Origin: Octopus sinensis
Lineage: Eukaryota
Direction of reading: 5' to 3'
Length of the DNA stretch: 64,000 nt
Assembly: GCF_006345805.1 (NCBI RefSeq)
Contig: NC_043000.1
Coordinates: 61,566,001 to 61,630,000, forward strand
Part shown: piece by piece, positions 1 to 13,650 of the stretch
How positions within the stretch are numbered: the stretch's first letter is position 1
Layout: every line of letters begins with the position of its first letter
The notes under the pieces: generated by a model
The model's input: the letters and a program-made list of their open reading frames with translations, nothing else
The model's database searches: none
What the model was told of the DNA's origin: nothing
Position numbers and translations under genes: made by a program

Positions 1-540
1 TATAATTGCATGTAATAGTATAAATTGCATATAACAACACTCCTTACATTTTTAATCCAAATACAAATTTGATAGACTTTATGGTTAGCCAATCCAAAGT
101 CATTCGAACGACCCCTGTAAACTGGTGAATTTGCATTAAAATGAAGCTATTGCTTCCATACTTTTATGTTATGGTGGTTTTAACTGTACTATTGATAGTT
201 ACGCATTTTATAAAAAAAATGAAAACCTTTATGCTAAATGACATGAAAAATTGAAAGAGAATTATCAAATGCGTGTCAATTCAACCGAGCGCTAGACTTA
301 GAAATTGGAAAATTGTGTTTAATCATATGTATCAAAAAGCGGCTTGTACCATGCAAAAAAGGAAATTTGTTTCATTTTCATTGTTGCTGGGTAATAAAAT
401 TAATAGGTTAATAAAATGTTATCCTTTTCCATCGTCAGAAAATCACTTCTTATTATTGGTCATATTGTTTACTTTTCTATGGGATGTAGTGTAGCTTAAT
501 ACGTCTTGCATCCAGCTATATGCTTTTTACGTATATACTG

Positions 541-796
541 CATGTATACATAACGCATGCACGCACGCACACACATACACACACACATAAACACATACCC
601 ACATGCATATGTATATATTTAGATATACAAATATTTACGTCTGTATGCATACATATACATATATGTGTACGTGTATCCATCTTTGATGGATAGATGTGCA
701 TAGAGATGGTGTCATACTACTGCTTAATCAACTCTTTAGAGATCACACACACATGCACACATATGTATATATGTATATATGTATATTATGGATATA

Positions 797-830
<34 letters not shown>

Positions 831-882
831 CGTATATGCATATATACATATGTATATATGTACACACATATTTACGTGTATA

Positions 883-963
<81 letters not shown>

Positions 964-1020
964 GTACATACATACATACATAGATACATACATACATACA
1001 TACATATGCATGTATATATA
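541..1020. repeat. Compound (CA)n/(TA)n/(TACA)n microsatellite tract
   Basis: Direct reading; the YIYI/IYIY ORFs here are its translation. Confidence 0.95.
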
Positions 1021-1427
1021 TCATGTATTCATAGCGAATATTGAATTATTTCATATATGGTTGAGTGGGAAGTCGAATTAAGGACTTTTCAAAGCAAGCA
1101 TTTGCCAATATCAGCGAAGATGATTCATTATATTCTAACATATTTATTAATATTGATATCTTAGAGCAGTAGAACCGATGCTCGTACTGTCTGATTGAAT
1201 AGTGGGAGATTACATTCTTGGACATGCAGCATTTCTGGTTGTTAAGTGTTAAGTTCTAACGCCGATGCTAATGTAAAGCAGTGTGCCGAGAGAGAATTTG
1301 TACTGAACTCAACAACTTGTTCGGTGCACTTGTGTTCAGGTATCGATAATTATTGAAAATAGTTGGGTGTTTATCGACAGGGTTTTCTTTTGACCCTCCT
1401 ACTGCATTGATGCCGACCGCCTGAAGA

Positions 1428-1830
1428 CATCTCTCTCCTCCACCTACACCTTTTCTTTTCCTTCTTCCTCCTCTACCTATATCCCCTCCTTTTCTCCCCT
1501 TCCTTCTCGACCTTCACGCTCTCATCTTTCTCTTCTTCTTTCTCCCCTTCTCTTCCTCCACCTCTACCTCCTCACTCCATTCTTTCCCTCCCTCTCCGTA
1601 TCTCTCCTTGTCTCTCTCTCCTTGTCTCCTTATTTCTTTCCCTTCTTCCCCTCCCCCTCTTCCTCCATCTATTTCTTCTCTCCTCCACGCTATCTCCCCG
1701 ACTACTTTCCACCTTTCTTTTGTCCCCTCCCCCTTTTCCTCGCCTCCTTCTCTTCTCATTCTTTCTCTTACCTCATCCTCCCTCCTTTTAATTTCACTCG
1801 TCATCCTACTATTTCTCCTCCTATTCTATA
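1428..1830. repeat. Polypyrimidine (CT-rich) low-complexity tract
   Basis: About 400 bp almost entirely C/T on + strand. Confidence 0.9.
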
Positions 1831-2084
1831 CATCTTTCAGGAATGGGACTCTAATTAAGGAAACGTAAGCCAAGGAAAGATTGTAACAAGGTCATATGGA
1901 GGTAAATTAGTGACCTTTTCTTTACTAATTTAACAAAATAGAAGATGACAGCTGTCATGATATGGGTTTATAAGTTTCGTGACACATACCGTTTACATAT
2001 AATTATTAGCCCATGTCTACTGTATAATTTCTGGCGTTGTTATTGAAATGAAAATTAACTTTGATTTGTAGAATGCCAGAATAC

Positions 2085-2132
2085 ATACATACATATATAT
2101 ATATATTATATATATATATATATATGGGTGGG

Positions 2133-2167
<35 letters not shown>

Positions 2168-2192
2168 TATATATATACATATATATGGCTGG

Positions 2193-2250
<58 letters not shown>
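2085..2250. repeat. (TA)n microsatellite
   Basis: Direct reading. Confidence 0.95.
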
Positions 2251-4443
2251 AATTATTTTTGTTTAGTGTCAACTGTTATTTTTGTTATTGAAATAAAGAG
2301 AAATTCTTTAATGAGATAAAGAATCTTAGTTTAAACAGAATTAAAAATAATTCATAATTTATTCCCTGAATATTTGAAAATCCCAGCAATAGCGCTATAT
2401 CAAAACACATTATCGTGCAGTTATAATTACAGCAATTGAAAATAAGTGGACATCAACTCATAATTTCATAATCAGTTGGTGCGTTTTTGTAACAACAGAA
2501 CAACTGGTTTAGAAACAGTACGATATTGCATCAACAAAGACTATTTACAAACACTTAAACAACTTATTTGAAGAAATTACTTTTTAATCAACTTAGACAA
2601 CCGTTCATACACTCCTCTGTGCAAACTAAAGAAGAATTAAGTTGTGTGGCTGTTTTGTAGAAGCGTTAGCATTTCAATCACCGCTAGAAGAAAAAATATT
2701 ATTTTATTGGCGGATAATATTGTTTTGTTGATAGACTATGTTGCCTTATTGAAGATTGCGGTGTTACATTGCACGAAGACTGTTATTGGAGGCAAGGATA
2801 ATGAAAACGAAAGAGATGGGAAAACATTGCTAATGTACTAGGTGATAATGTTTATTATTAGCTAATATTATTGTGATTATTTAATACATGCAAATAACAG
2901 GATATTGTAATATAATGTTACTTAAACTCACTAATATATTCTAATGCATAATATCATTTTATACAAAGAGGTTACTACAAAATAGAATTTTTTGAGGCAT
3001 TTCACTAATGCTACAATGGATATTTCTGAAGTTAAAATAAATTACAATAACTGATAAAGCACTCTATTTTAATAAGGCGAGAGAATACTGGTTCCAGTGG
3101 TAATTTTGAGGTTAAGAAGTATTGATTATTGGTGATTGTGTATTGAATTTCTGTATGGAAAACCCATTCACTGTTAGAAAAATAACAAAGAAAAAAACTC
3201 CTGAAGGGAATGTTTGCTCATTTAGCAAACACATTCTATTATACGAGAGCAAACCTGATATCTTCCGAAGAAAAGAACAATGCCATAAATACATTGACTA
3301 CTTCATCTGATCATTCGGAGTCTAAGTCAAAGGAAAATGTAAAATACATTTAGATATTCTTTGAATTATGAATTCCTTATTTAGAAGTACTGAAGAAAGA
3401 AAGGAAGAAAATTGATTTCTAAAATTGGTGCCTCATTTTATTTGTTTAAAACACATTTCAATCTAAGAAAAAGGAAGAAAATTTCACTTCATATATTTTT
3501 ATTTCATAACAATTAGATTGAAATAATAGTAAGTCGAATTCTGGTTATTTTTACGCTCAAAACATAGATGTAAAAATAACTGGAATTAGCCGTGACATTA
3601 TTATTGAACTCGTTCATAGCTACGTATTTATATTACCACTATATCATTTGCACGAAGCAGAAAATATTAAAAAAGAAAAGCACATGCATAAAATTTCTAG
3701 GTTTCACATAAAGCACAAATATCCAGAGGTTACGTAAACAAGAATAGGCATACGGAAAGTGAAAAAAAATCAATGTTAGTTAATATTTCTGGCAACAATT
3801 AAATGATAGTGATTAAAGGAAAAGTAATTAACATAAAATATAGAAAATGGGTTATTCTTTAGAAGAATATACCAGTAGTCTTGTTACATAATAATTTAAA
3901 CGTTAGAAACAATATGAACATGCAGGTCTAATGACAATAAGACTGTAATTTCGACCTAATGGATTCACGTCCAGTTTCAACGCTGTTGAAAGCACGTATG
4001 CTCTCTCAGTCATTTATATACATCATTCAGTAGTTATATGAACGAACTGATATTTGTAGGTTAATTATGTAATGTATGAGGATCAACTTTCATCAACGTG
4101 TGAATAAGTTTGTAGCATAACGTTTCCAAACTTATAAAATAATTCTGGTGTTATGAAGCTTAGAGTGAACATTGCAATTTTTACCTAGTTCTAAATTAAC
4201 AAATGATTTATTACAATATGAACAGATATATAAACTGTCTTACCCTGGCTCTGAATTGGAACGTACTAGTTTGTTTTCTCTTAGTTGTTAGACTCAAATA
4301 CTTTGAGGTTTATTTTAGAGCAAGCTAAGAATTTTATGTACTTTAAAGGTTTTACTTAATTTTCTATATATTTAAAAGAAAACTTCAATCTTTATTCATG
4401 AAAACAGGCATTAATGTTATTATTGGCGATAAAAGCATACATA

Positions 4444-4585
4444 GGCGCAGGAGTGGCTGTGTGGTAAGTAGCTTGCTAACCAACCACATGGTTCCGGGTT
4501 CAGTCCCACTGCGTGGCATCTTGGGCAAGATGCCTTGTGAGTGGATTTGGTAGACGGAAACTGAAAGAAGCCTGTCGTATATATG

Positions 4586-4630
<45 letters not shown>

Positions 4631-4849
4631 TTGTGTATCTGTGTTTGTCCCTCTAGCATTACTTGACAACCGATGCTGGTGTGTTTACGTCCCCGTAACT
4701 TAGGTGTTCGGCAAAAAGAGACCGATAGAATAAGTACTGGGCTTACAAAGAATAAGTCCCGGGGTCGATTTGCTCGACTAAAGGCGATGCTCGAGCATGG
4801 TCGCAATCAAATGACTGAAACAAGTAAAAGAATAAAAGAATAGAATAAA
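4444..4849 (+). mobile_element. tRNA-derived SINE family A (internal TA/TG microsatellite), full length
   Basis: A box tggctgtgtgg, B box ggttcagtccc, cttgggcaag core, internal microsatellite, gactgaaacaagtaaaagaataaaagaa tail; homologous copies at 26365-26771, 39371-39517, 40247-40435. Confidence 0.88.
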
Positions 4850-6255
4850 TGTGCAACGTCGAAGCGTGCCCCCTTGTATGTTAGCCATACATCAGATACA
4901 TTACATAAATTCCTCATGACCGTCTTTATTTAGCAAGCAAAAAAGAAATCATATAGTAGAGTATAAACGCGGGCATATTGCCATTACACCCCCGCCGACT
5001 TCATTGTGGGCTTTGTTTAGAAAAATTACTGCAATCAACGCAAAATAAGATACCAGAACATCATTTGGAAGGATTTTAAGCTAATAACTTAAACATACAC
5101 AACTTGTTTTCGAATATTCTTATGGAATTCGGAATATTTATATTTCGTCTGTTATTAAAACTTTAATTCTCAAACGAAAGAAAAGAAAATTTAACCAAAC
5201 TTATAAATTTGTTGGTAACCTAAGACTAACATCTAGTTCACCTCTTTATTTTGTTTTTATTTGTATAGCCGATGCTATATAAAGCTTTTGATTGAGCTCA
5301 TTTACCTCGCCAACTTACACATTTTCCGTTGCTAGCTGTACTGACAGGTATTTCCCTGAAAATATTTTAAAGAAAGACGTTCAAACAACTTTCCATTCCA
5401 TGAAAAAATCGGATAATCCAATGGAAAACAAGTTCAAAAATGAATCTTTTTAGAGAAAAGTTTGTAAAACATTATTAGCACAAAGTTTTAGTAAACTTAA
5501 TAGTTAGATTCAATATTGTTATAAGAACTATGTTTATCCTATAATACAACATTTTCCTCAGACAACAAACTATATAGTCTGGAAATTAATCCAAACACAA
5601 AAATCAATATTTCTCATGAATTTATTAATATTTCTTCATACCATTCAATATTTTGAGTTCTAGATTTGCGTCAAATATAAAAAAAAACAGCAAGTACAAC
5701 AATAAAAAAATCTTCTAATCAAAAAGAATATAAAGCTAATGTTTTCTATCTTTCAGTGTATTAAGCTAACTACACAGAAGCATACCTGTCTATATTTCTT
5801 CTCACCTATCTTTGTCTTTATGTATTATTATGCATAGGCGAAGCAGTCAACGAGAGATCCCCAGCTAAATATCCCTCAAATCACAGCATACTGTGTTAAA
5901 AGAAGAGGGAAACACAAGACAAAGGGGACCCTAGACGGAGACTAACCAAATAGCAAAGTGGATGGTCATTGTTCATATACGTTTGGTCATAAGTTTACTG
6001 TATTAGAGTTGAGGGACCAAACTATAACGATTGTGGTTAATTTAGAAAACTTCTTGCACCAAACATTGAGTCAGCCTCCAACAGTAAATTTTTGCCAGTC
6101 GAAGACGCTCAGATGTCGGCCAAGTAAGTCAGTCATATTAAATATTCACTGTCCATAAACAGTTGAAGAATGAATTAGTTTGAATTGAAAATATTTATTC
6201 ACTAAATCCAGGTTATGAGCCAAATATTTTAAAATGGTAATATAATCATGAGAAC

Positions 6256-6469
6256 CAAATTGGCAAGCTAGCAGAATCATTACTGCGTCCTGTAAAATAC
6301 TTAGCGGAACTTCGGTTGTGTTCATGTTCTGAGTTCAAATTCCGCCGAGGCCGTCCTTACTCTTTATCATTTCGGGGTCGAGAAAATAAGTACCAGTTGA
6401 GCATGGTGGTCAATGGAATCGAATTTTCCCTTCTCCCCTAATACTGGCCTTGTGCCCATATTTGAAATC
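6256..6469 (+). mobile_element. tRNA-derived SINE family B, decayed
   Basis: gagttcaaattccgccgagg B box region, tttcggggtcga..aataagtaccag body; decayed TSD 6239-6255 vs 6470-6486 (14/17). Confidence 0.8.
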
Positions 6470-6999
6470 AATATAGTAATGAGAGCACTATTTTCTTAAG
6501 TAAAATATTTGATTTTTATCCCCATAGATATTAGAAATATTCAGGCTGTAAAGAAATGTAACATTTAGAGAAAGTAAGAACGCATCACGTCATATTGTCA
6601 TGTATTTACGAATTATTTTGTAAAGTCCACTAGTACACTAACACTTTTGTGCACATACATATACTCTTACACCTACACATACACGTATATACATACATAC
6701 ATACATGCATACATATATATATATATATTATATATATATATATTAACAAAGTACAAGAATTCATTCAAATGGGTGTGTAAAGCCTCCAATTCACTGGTAC
6801 GTCAGTTGAATACCATATAAATATGCGTATTCAATAAGGGAATTGAATTGTTAATATAGAAGAAAATATATATAAGTCGAAACAAATTGTTGGCTTTGTT
6901 GGTGTGTTTTAATAATTGTTTGTGTTCTCTTATATTATATTTGTAGTAAATTATCTTATATTTTAATATAAATAAATTATTGGATCGTCAATTGTACCT

Positions 7000-7124
7000 C
7001 GCTGTTTGATTTATGCTCCTGAACCAGTTGTTGACTGTCCCACTCATGAAGGAACGATGCTAGACATGTCGAAACAATTGTGATTAATAAATTCTCGTAT
7101 ATTCCGTCTTCTGTTTTTCATTTG

Positions 7125-7125
<1 letters not shown>
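7000..7125 (+). mobile_element. Possible decayed PLE pseudo-LTR remnant with degenerate hammerhead-like core
   Basis: ctcatga aggaacgatgctagacatgtc gaaa caattg tg..aataaa; palindromic stem III loop, but the core is mutated and there is no stem I. Confidence 0.3.
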
Positions 7126-7160
<35 letters not shown>

Positions 7161-10100
7161 GGGTTAGTGAACAAACGAAAGAAAGTAGCACTCAATACAT
7201 TTAGCAGGAGTTACATATATTATTTGATACAGTTTGATTTTGCTCCATGCGACTTCATAAGCTTCTTACCCCTCTCGTCGTGCTCAGTCAACCTAATGGA
7301 GACGTTACAGGAAGTCAAAAGTGGCTACCGGAACCTGCTCTACTATAGGTCAAAGCGAATTACATGATGTTTTTAAAAGTGAGATCGACATTCCAGCGAC
7401 ACTATATGCCTTAAAAGGAGAATTTCCTGAACCGCGCAGTTGGACAGGGAGCTTTTGACATTTTACTGTCTGTCCAATCTTTGAAGGATTTTGCGGGTGA
7501 GGAAGTGTGTGTATGTAAACCAGAATTATGAATGCGTAGACATGGGTCTCTGATGCATATTCAGGTGCACCTGCTATACACGCACGCGTGTATGTGTTAA
7601 TGTGCCTGCGTGTAAGCTGGCTTATGTGTGAAAGGTTATGGCATCAGCTCGTTGGTGCGTATGTGCGTGTTTGCAAGGGTGAGTTCTCGTATGGGTGCGT
7701 TTTTGTACAAGCCATGTGTGAGTACTCGCGTACACAAATGTGTGGATGTGTGCATACGAGTTGTATAGATCAGCCGCGAGTGTATCATCTGTGAGTTGGA
7801 GTGCATGATAAATACTCTTCCTTCATTTCTGTTGAACTTTTTAGGAAACAAGTCAAGGCATAGGTGTTTCGTTGTTGGAATGGTCGCGGAAAGTCGGTTC
7901 ATTTACGTTGTTTTCGGTTTAGATTTAGATGAGGATCAAATTGTTAATATGAAGACACCTTCATAAATTTATTCTTAATATTTTTGCTTGGGTATGCCGT
8001 GCAACTATTAGATCATGACTTACTTCTGATAAGAATTTGTGTATAATGGTTTACACGAACACGTCAATAATAACGTTAAACTCGTACTGCATAAGTTGAG
8101 TGCACCAAGTGGATATACGAAAATGTTATGAAGAATTCCATCACGCGGGCAATATTAATAACAACGAAGATAAAGTTTTCACAGAACAATAGAAAAACTT
8201 GGCTTAAAACCAAATTTCGCTAATAAGAGATATTTGACAACTAAATGACATGTGAAGCTTATAATATTAGAGACCAGACACCATCGCTATATGAATATCT
8301 CCTTACGGCACCCAGACAGTTAATTCATCTTGATTAGATATTAGTATTAATGATGCGGACTATCCCCAGGTCAAATGAATTAATGATTAACCTTTCTGAA
8401 TTGTTTATCAAATTTTGAGACACGCGTAACATTACCCACCTAACTATTTTCTGTAGTGATACTTATTTCCCTTAGAAACAATCAATTTCTTGCCTTCTAC
8501 TTACAATTGTTATATGTAAGTTATATGTAAAAACGAAAGTGAAACAAGCTAACTGGATGCGATTTAATCATCTACTAATCTCTCATAACTACTGTATACA
8601 TTTTTGTTTCTCCCTGAATGCAATGCTGACAAAATGGATTTGCGTTTAAGGCTTTCGATTTGCAATTACAAGTTCTCGGTTCGATCAATCTACGGACAGT
8701 TTGAGCAAATTCCTTTTATCACAGCTTCAAATAAATCTAAATTTTTGCAGGAGGATATTTAAGTAGAAATTTTGCGAAAACTCATTTGGGAAACGGTTCC
8801 TATTGTAAGGTGATAAACGCAACCTACTACTAGGGTTAGATTTCTTAACCTTGGTCCATTAGCTCCCTTAGGGGAGTTAAATTTACTGCAAGCATTCTGG
8901 GCCAGATTTCGATCTAAAGATAACTTCTATTCAGTAATACGCGAAGTCTGTGAGCGAATTCTTCTGACACATTCCCGGAAGCTATATCGCTCTCACAGGT
9001 TCATGACACATTTTTATAGGACGCAAAACATAAGAAAAGTTTCTGACAGGTACGCACAAATATGAGGGTTATCATTTTGACATAATTCTCACATTTCATT
9101 TTTTTCTGCTAGTTTAAACGGAATAAATATTGAATATTAGAATATTTTTGTTATTGCTATCACATGTTCTTATCTTCTATCTCGTTTTAGCTGGTTACTT
9201 AACTACAATCAAAACCTCGTTTGTCACATTGAAAGGCATTGCCAGATACTGAAAAACTGGACAGTTTGAAAGTGACACTAAGTTCACAGTCAATAAATGG
9301 CAAATATAAGAAAATTTTATGTTACAATATATTCAAGGTATGTGATTTTCTTTGTATAAAGTACACATTAAGTTATATATTTGGCTGTTATTACAGCATA
9401 TTCTCCAGCTGCACATTATGTATTTATAGAATTTGTCTTGTTAATACACGTTCATGCAATTCTATCTGCACAGAAATTACCGCTTTCTTTTTCTAAGCTA
9501 TTCAAAACAATCTGATTATGTGTAAAACATCTGTAGTACAAAGTGCAAGGAGTAAAAATTGTAAATAATAAAATAGATTGGTTTCAACTATTAGCCTCCA
9601 TGAAGAAATCACCGAGTTAAGTTAGTTTCAGAAAAGAAACAAGGGCAAAATAAAAAGAAAGCTATTTAGAATTATCGACATAATGAATAATCTCGGGCCA
9701 ACGAGGGACCCACCTGGTCTCTTGATCTGCTGTAAATAACTGCCAAGTATTCATTAAAAGTAAGTTATTCGCCTTACAAAGAGTAGGAACCTAAGCGCAA
9801 TGTCTCTGATGTGCGAATGACAGACGGAATTAATACGCTAGAACGATTTTGATGATTCATTACTGGATCATGTTTATTCAAAGCAAGCCATGAACATAAA
9901 GAACATGATACAGCAACAAGGAGAAGTAGTAGCGAATACCGAAATTTTACAAGTAATTATATAACTGCTTAAGTCATTAAGTTTGCTTAGTAATAACTCA
10001 AAACATACTAGACGGGAAAAAAAACGAAGAGAAAAAATGGTTCTAAGGAAATATTGCATATATTATAGGAATGAGAAGGGGGAATATTATCTTTTATTTG

Positions 10101-10880
10101 ACCGCCTGGACACAGAGATGCTGATTTACATATACAATGGCCTAGTGTCGATAAGTACTTTATTTTACTTTGTATCATAATTCTTGAATATAGCATCGTT
10201 TCCAGTATGCCAACGACCCTTCACTACATTATCGACCTGAAAATAATTAGGGATTATTTGTAAATTGTTGTAATTGTCAGCGATGTTTATATACTTCGCC
10301 GATGCATCACGAAGTATAAAAGCGTACATACGTTCATGTATATATGTATACATACACGCACACACATACGCACGCACACACAAAAACACATAGTTAAAAA
10401 ACGTTTGTGAATGATAGGAAAATGGTGGTATTATTTGAATGTAGGACTCAATACAAATATATAGGGTAATATTTAAAATTATTTTATCTACAGCGAAACA
10501 GCAAATAAAACATTCATACTGGCAATCATGAGATAATTGCATTCAGCACAAAATGTATTTACAAAACTTCAACACTAGACCCCATTCTACCTCATCTATT
10601 GTGTAGGATACAAAAAGAAACCGACTAATCTGCACATGCTCACTCGTAATCTAAAAGATTGTTATATTTTAAACAAAATGCAGTCATTTATAAAATAACA
10701 TCAGAGTACCGTTTGATTTAAGCGACATAATTTTGATTAAATGAATCAAAGAGCTATCTATCTTGCTATCTTTCTGTCTGTCTGTCTGCCTGCCTGCCTG
10801 CCTGCCTACTTGTCTGTCTTTCTGTCTATTGATCTCTTTCTCTCTCTATTTCTTTGCCTATTTCTTGGTCTGTCTCTATC

Positions 10881-10881
<1 letters not shown>

Positions 10882-10912
<31 letters not shown>

Positions 10913-11090
10913 TGCATGTATGTATGTATGTAGGTATGTATGTATGCATTTATGTATGTATGTATATATGTATGTATGCATGTATGTATGTATGTATGCA
11001 TGTATGTATGTATGTATGTATGTATGTATGTATGTATGTATGTATGCATGTATGTATGTGTGTGTGTGCGCGGATGTGTCTGTGTGTGTG
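10882..11090. repeat. (TATG)n then (TG)n microsatellite
   Basis: Direct reading. Confidence 0.95.
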
Positions 11091-11507
11091 AGTATTTGGG
11101 ATACATGGGGCTATATGTTTGTGTTTAATACATACATACATACGGTCTCACGCTCACACACATCCACACACGCATAACCATTTACGTATAAATTGCTGTA
11201 ACAACTTCTGTCCCAGAAGTACTTGCAACGCAATAAAGATCTGTGTGAAATACTCCTAGTTTTCATAACAGAACTATAAAAAATATGAACTAAATAGTTT
11301 ATTAAATGTGTTGAGTGAATCATTACTGAACAAAAACAGTTCATCTTCTAAATAGATATCATTTATCCTTTCATCCGTTAATCTCTTCACCGTTGTTTAT
11401 AATTTACTCTGATTTACATTGGTGAAAGATATACACACGTTTGCAGACATATATACAAATATATTTGTATATGTGTGTGTATGTGCGCTCACATTCATGT
11501 GTATGTT

Positions 11508-11543
<36 letters not shown>

Positions 11544-12887
11544 AGGCATATATTTACACACCCACGTAAATATTCGTTAAGCTATTGACTCGTGCAAGAC
11601 TGGATGCAGTTAGTAGCAATATATGTAAGTGTGCAAATATATATGCACAGAGTAGAAATGAAAAGCGCCGAAAAGTGACGGCAAGCATACACCCACCTCA
11701 TACACACACACTCACACGCACGAACGCACGCATCGACATACACAGGCGCGCGCACACACACACAAACACACACACACACAAGTGCACGCACAACTTAAAC
11801 AGATGCTTACTTAGTATATATCTTTAATCTATTCGCGTAAAGAGGTAGAGAAGACAAAGATAGTTTCTACTTTTGAAAAAAGTCAGAAAGACACAGGTGC
11901 GACGCAGTACTGAAAGACTTTATTTACAAGTATTGTGAATAAATTTAAGTAAATATTTTATAATGATGTAAACATCATTCAGCTATATTGACAAAAACAA
12001 TACGGCAATTTATACGAATAACGGTAACAAATAATGGGAGAATGTAATGGCTACAGTGTCAAGTATAAGCTATCCAATACGTGAATGAGTTCAAGAAATT
12101 CAAACAATGCTTCATTGAGAGGTCACGTAATGAAAATAGATTGACCATGCAAAATCTGCCTTAATATCGGACATGAAATCTTTGGCGAGTGTGTTTACGT
12201 AAATATATATGTTTTAGTATTTTCGAAAATAACATCACCGCCAGATTTGCAACTACACAATTACTCTCACAATCTACTGCACTGAAGCAGAAAGCTGAAG
12301 TGCAGGGCATCAAATTTCTTCTAAACTTTTTCTCAATTCCTTCCGTATAGAACACTGAGTCCATTTACCCATCATATATTACTTTGGTTATATGGTATTA
12401 AGTTGTTATTTAAGGATGATATGGTATGTAATCCTACTTGAACGACACAATGCATGACAAGCTTCTCTGCTTCAGCCAAGTTTCTTAAAAGCATGTGCGG
12501 ACGAATATGAGATTCATTACAATAGACTTGATATCCTCTTGACGTTGGGGTTTAACACAATATTAGTATATAAATATATTTAACTGTGCTATGATGTTAG
12601 ACTCTACAGAGTAGTTCTTGGAATCAAAGCATTAAATTATGTAGGTACTTTGTTGTTTAATTCTTTAGTTATGTTTAACAGGATTAGAACTTTTATAACA
12701 TATCAAATCACAGCCAAAATCTAGAGTAAACAGATGCCAGAGAGTAATATTATATATATATCAAAGAACCATTAGTACTGATACAAGCTGAAATGCTAGT
12801 TAAAGAGATTGAAGTAGATTTCAACCAATGATATTGTCAATGTGATGTTAAACGGAAGGGAGTTCCAGGCAGTGTTCCTTTTCCACA

Positions 12888-12982
12888 TACATACATACAT
12901 ATATACATACATACATTCATACATACATACACACATACATACATAAATACATACATACATACGTACATATATGTATGTGTGC

Positions 12983-13029
<47 letters not shown>

Positions 13030-13200
13030 GTACATATGTATATATATATATGTATTTACATATGTCTCTCTCTCTCTCTATTTATATATATATATACACA
13101 TACACAAACACACACACAGATACACACGCACACACAAACATACACACATATGCACACACACATTCACACATATACACACATACACATATATACAATATTC
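12888..13200. repeat. Compound (TACA)n/(TA)n/(CA)n tract
   Basis: Direct reading. Confidence 0.9.
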
Positions 13201-13578
13201 ATTATTGTATTGTGCTTACTGGGGCAGGAAACGTAAAGAGCAGGGGGAAATATCTGGGCAGAATCGATGTTAAGACGTTCGTTTTTCATACAAAACGCTT
13301 ATAAAAGCCGGTGTCACCATTGTCTCCCCGCTCTTTAACCGTAGTGTAAATTTACTGATTAAATTGTATATAAAAATAGGATTCACTGACACATTGGACG
13401 TATTCATGTCTGGAAAATTACACACATACACACACGCACACATATATATTGATATAAGCTTCTATGGTTACATATGTGTCGCATATGTGTATATATATAT
13501 ATAAACCTTCAGACAAGCGCACATCTGAATATATATATGTATGTATGTACGTATGTATGTATATACATATACACAATC

Positions 13579-13650
<72 letters not shown>

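Noticed and set aside
4444-4520. tRNA-like A/B boxes here and at 20600-20675, 40575-40635, 41472-41535
   Set aside because: These are SINE heads: no complete cloverleaf, and they continue into SINE bodies
7255-7490. Coding-looking segment (..DVFKSEIDIPATLYALKGEFPEP..)
   Set aside because: Short, frameshifted, no family recognised
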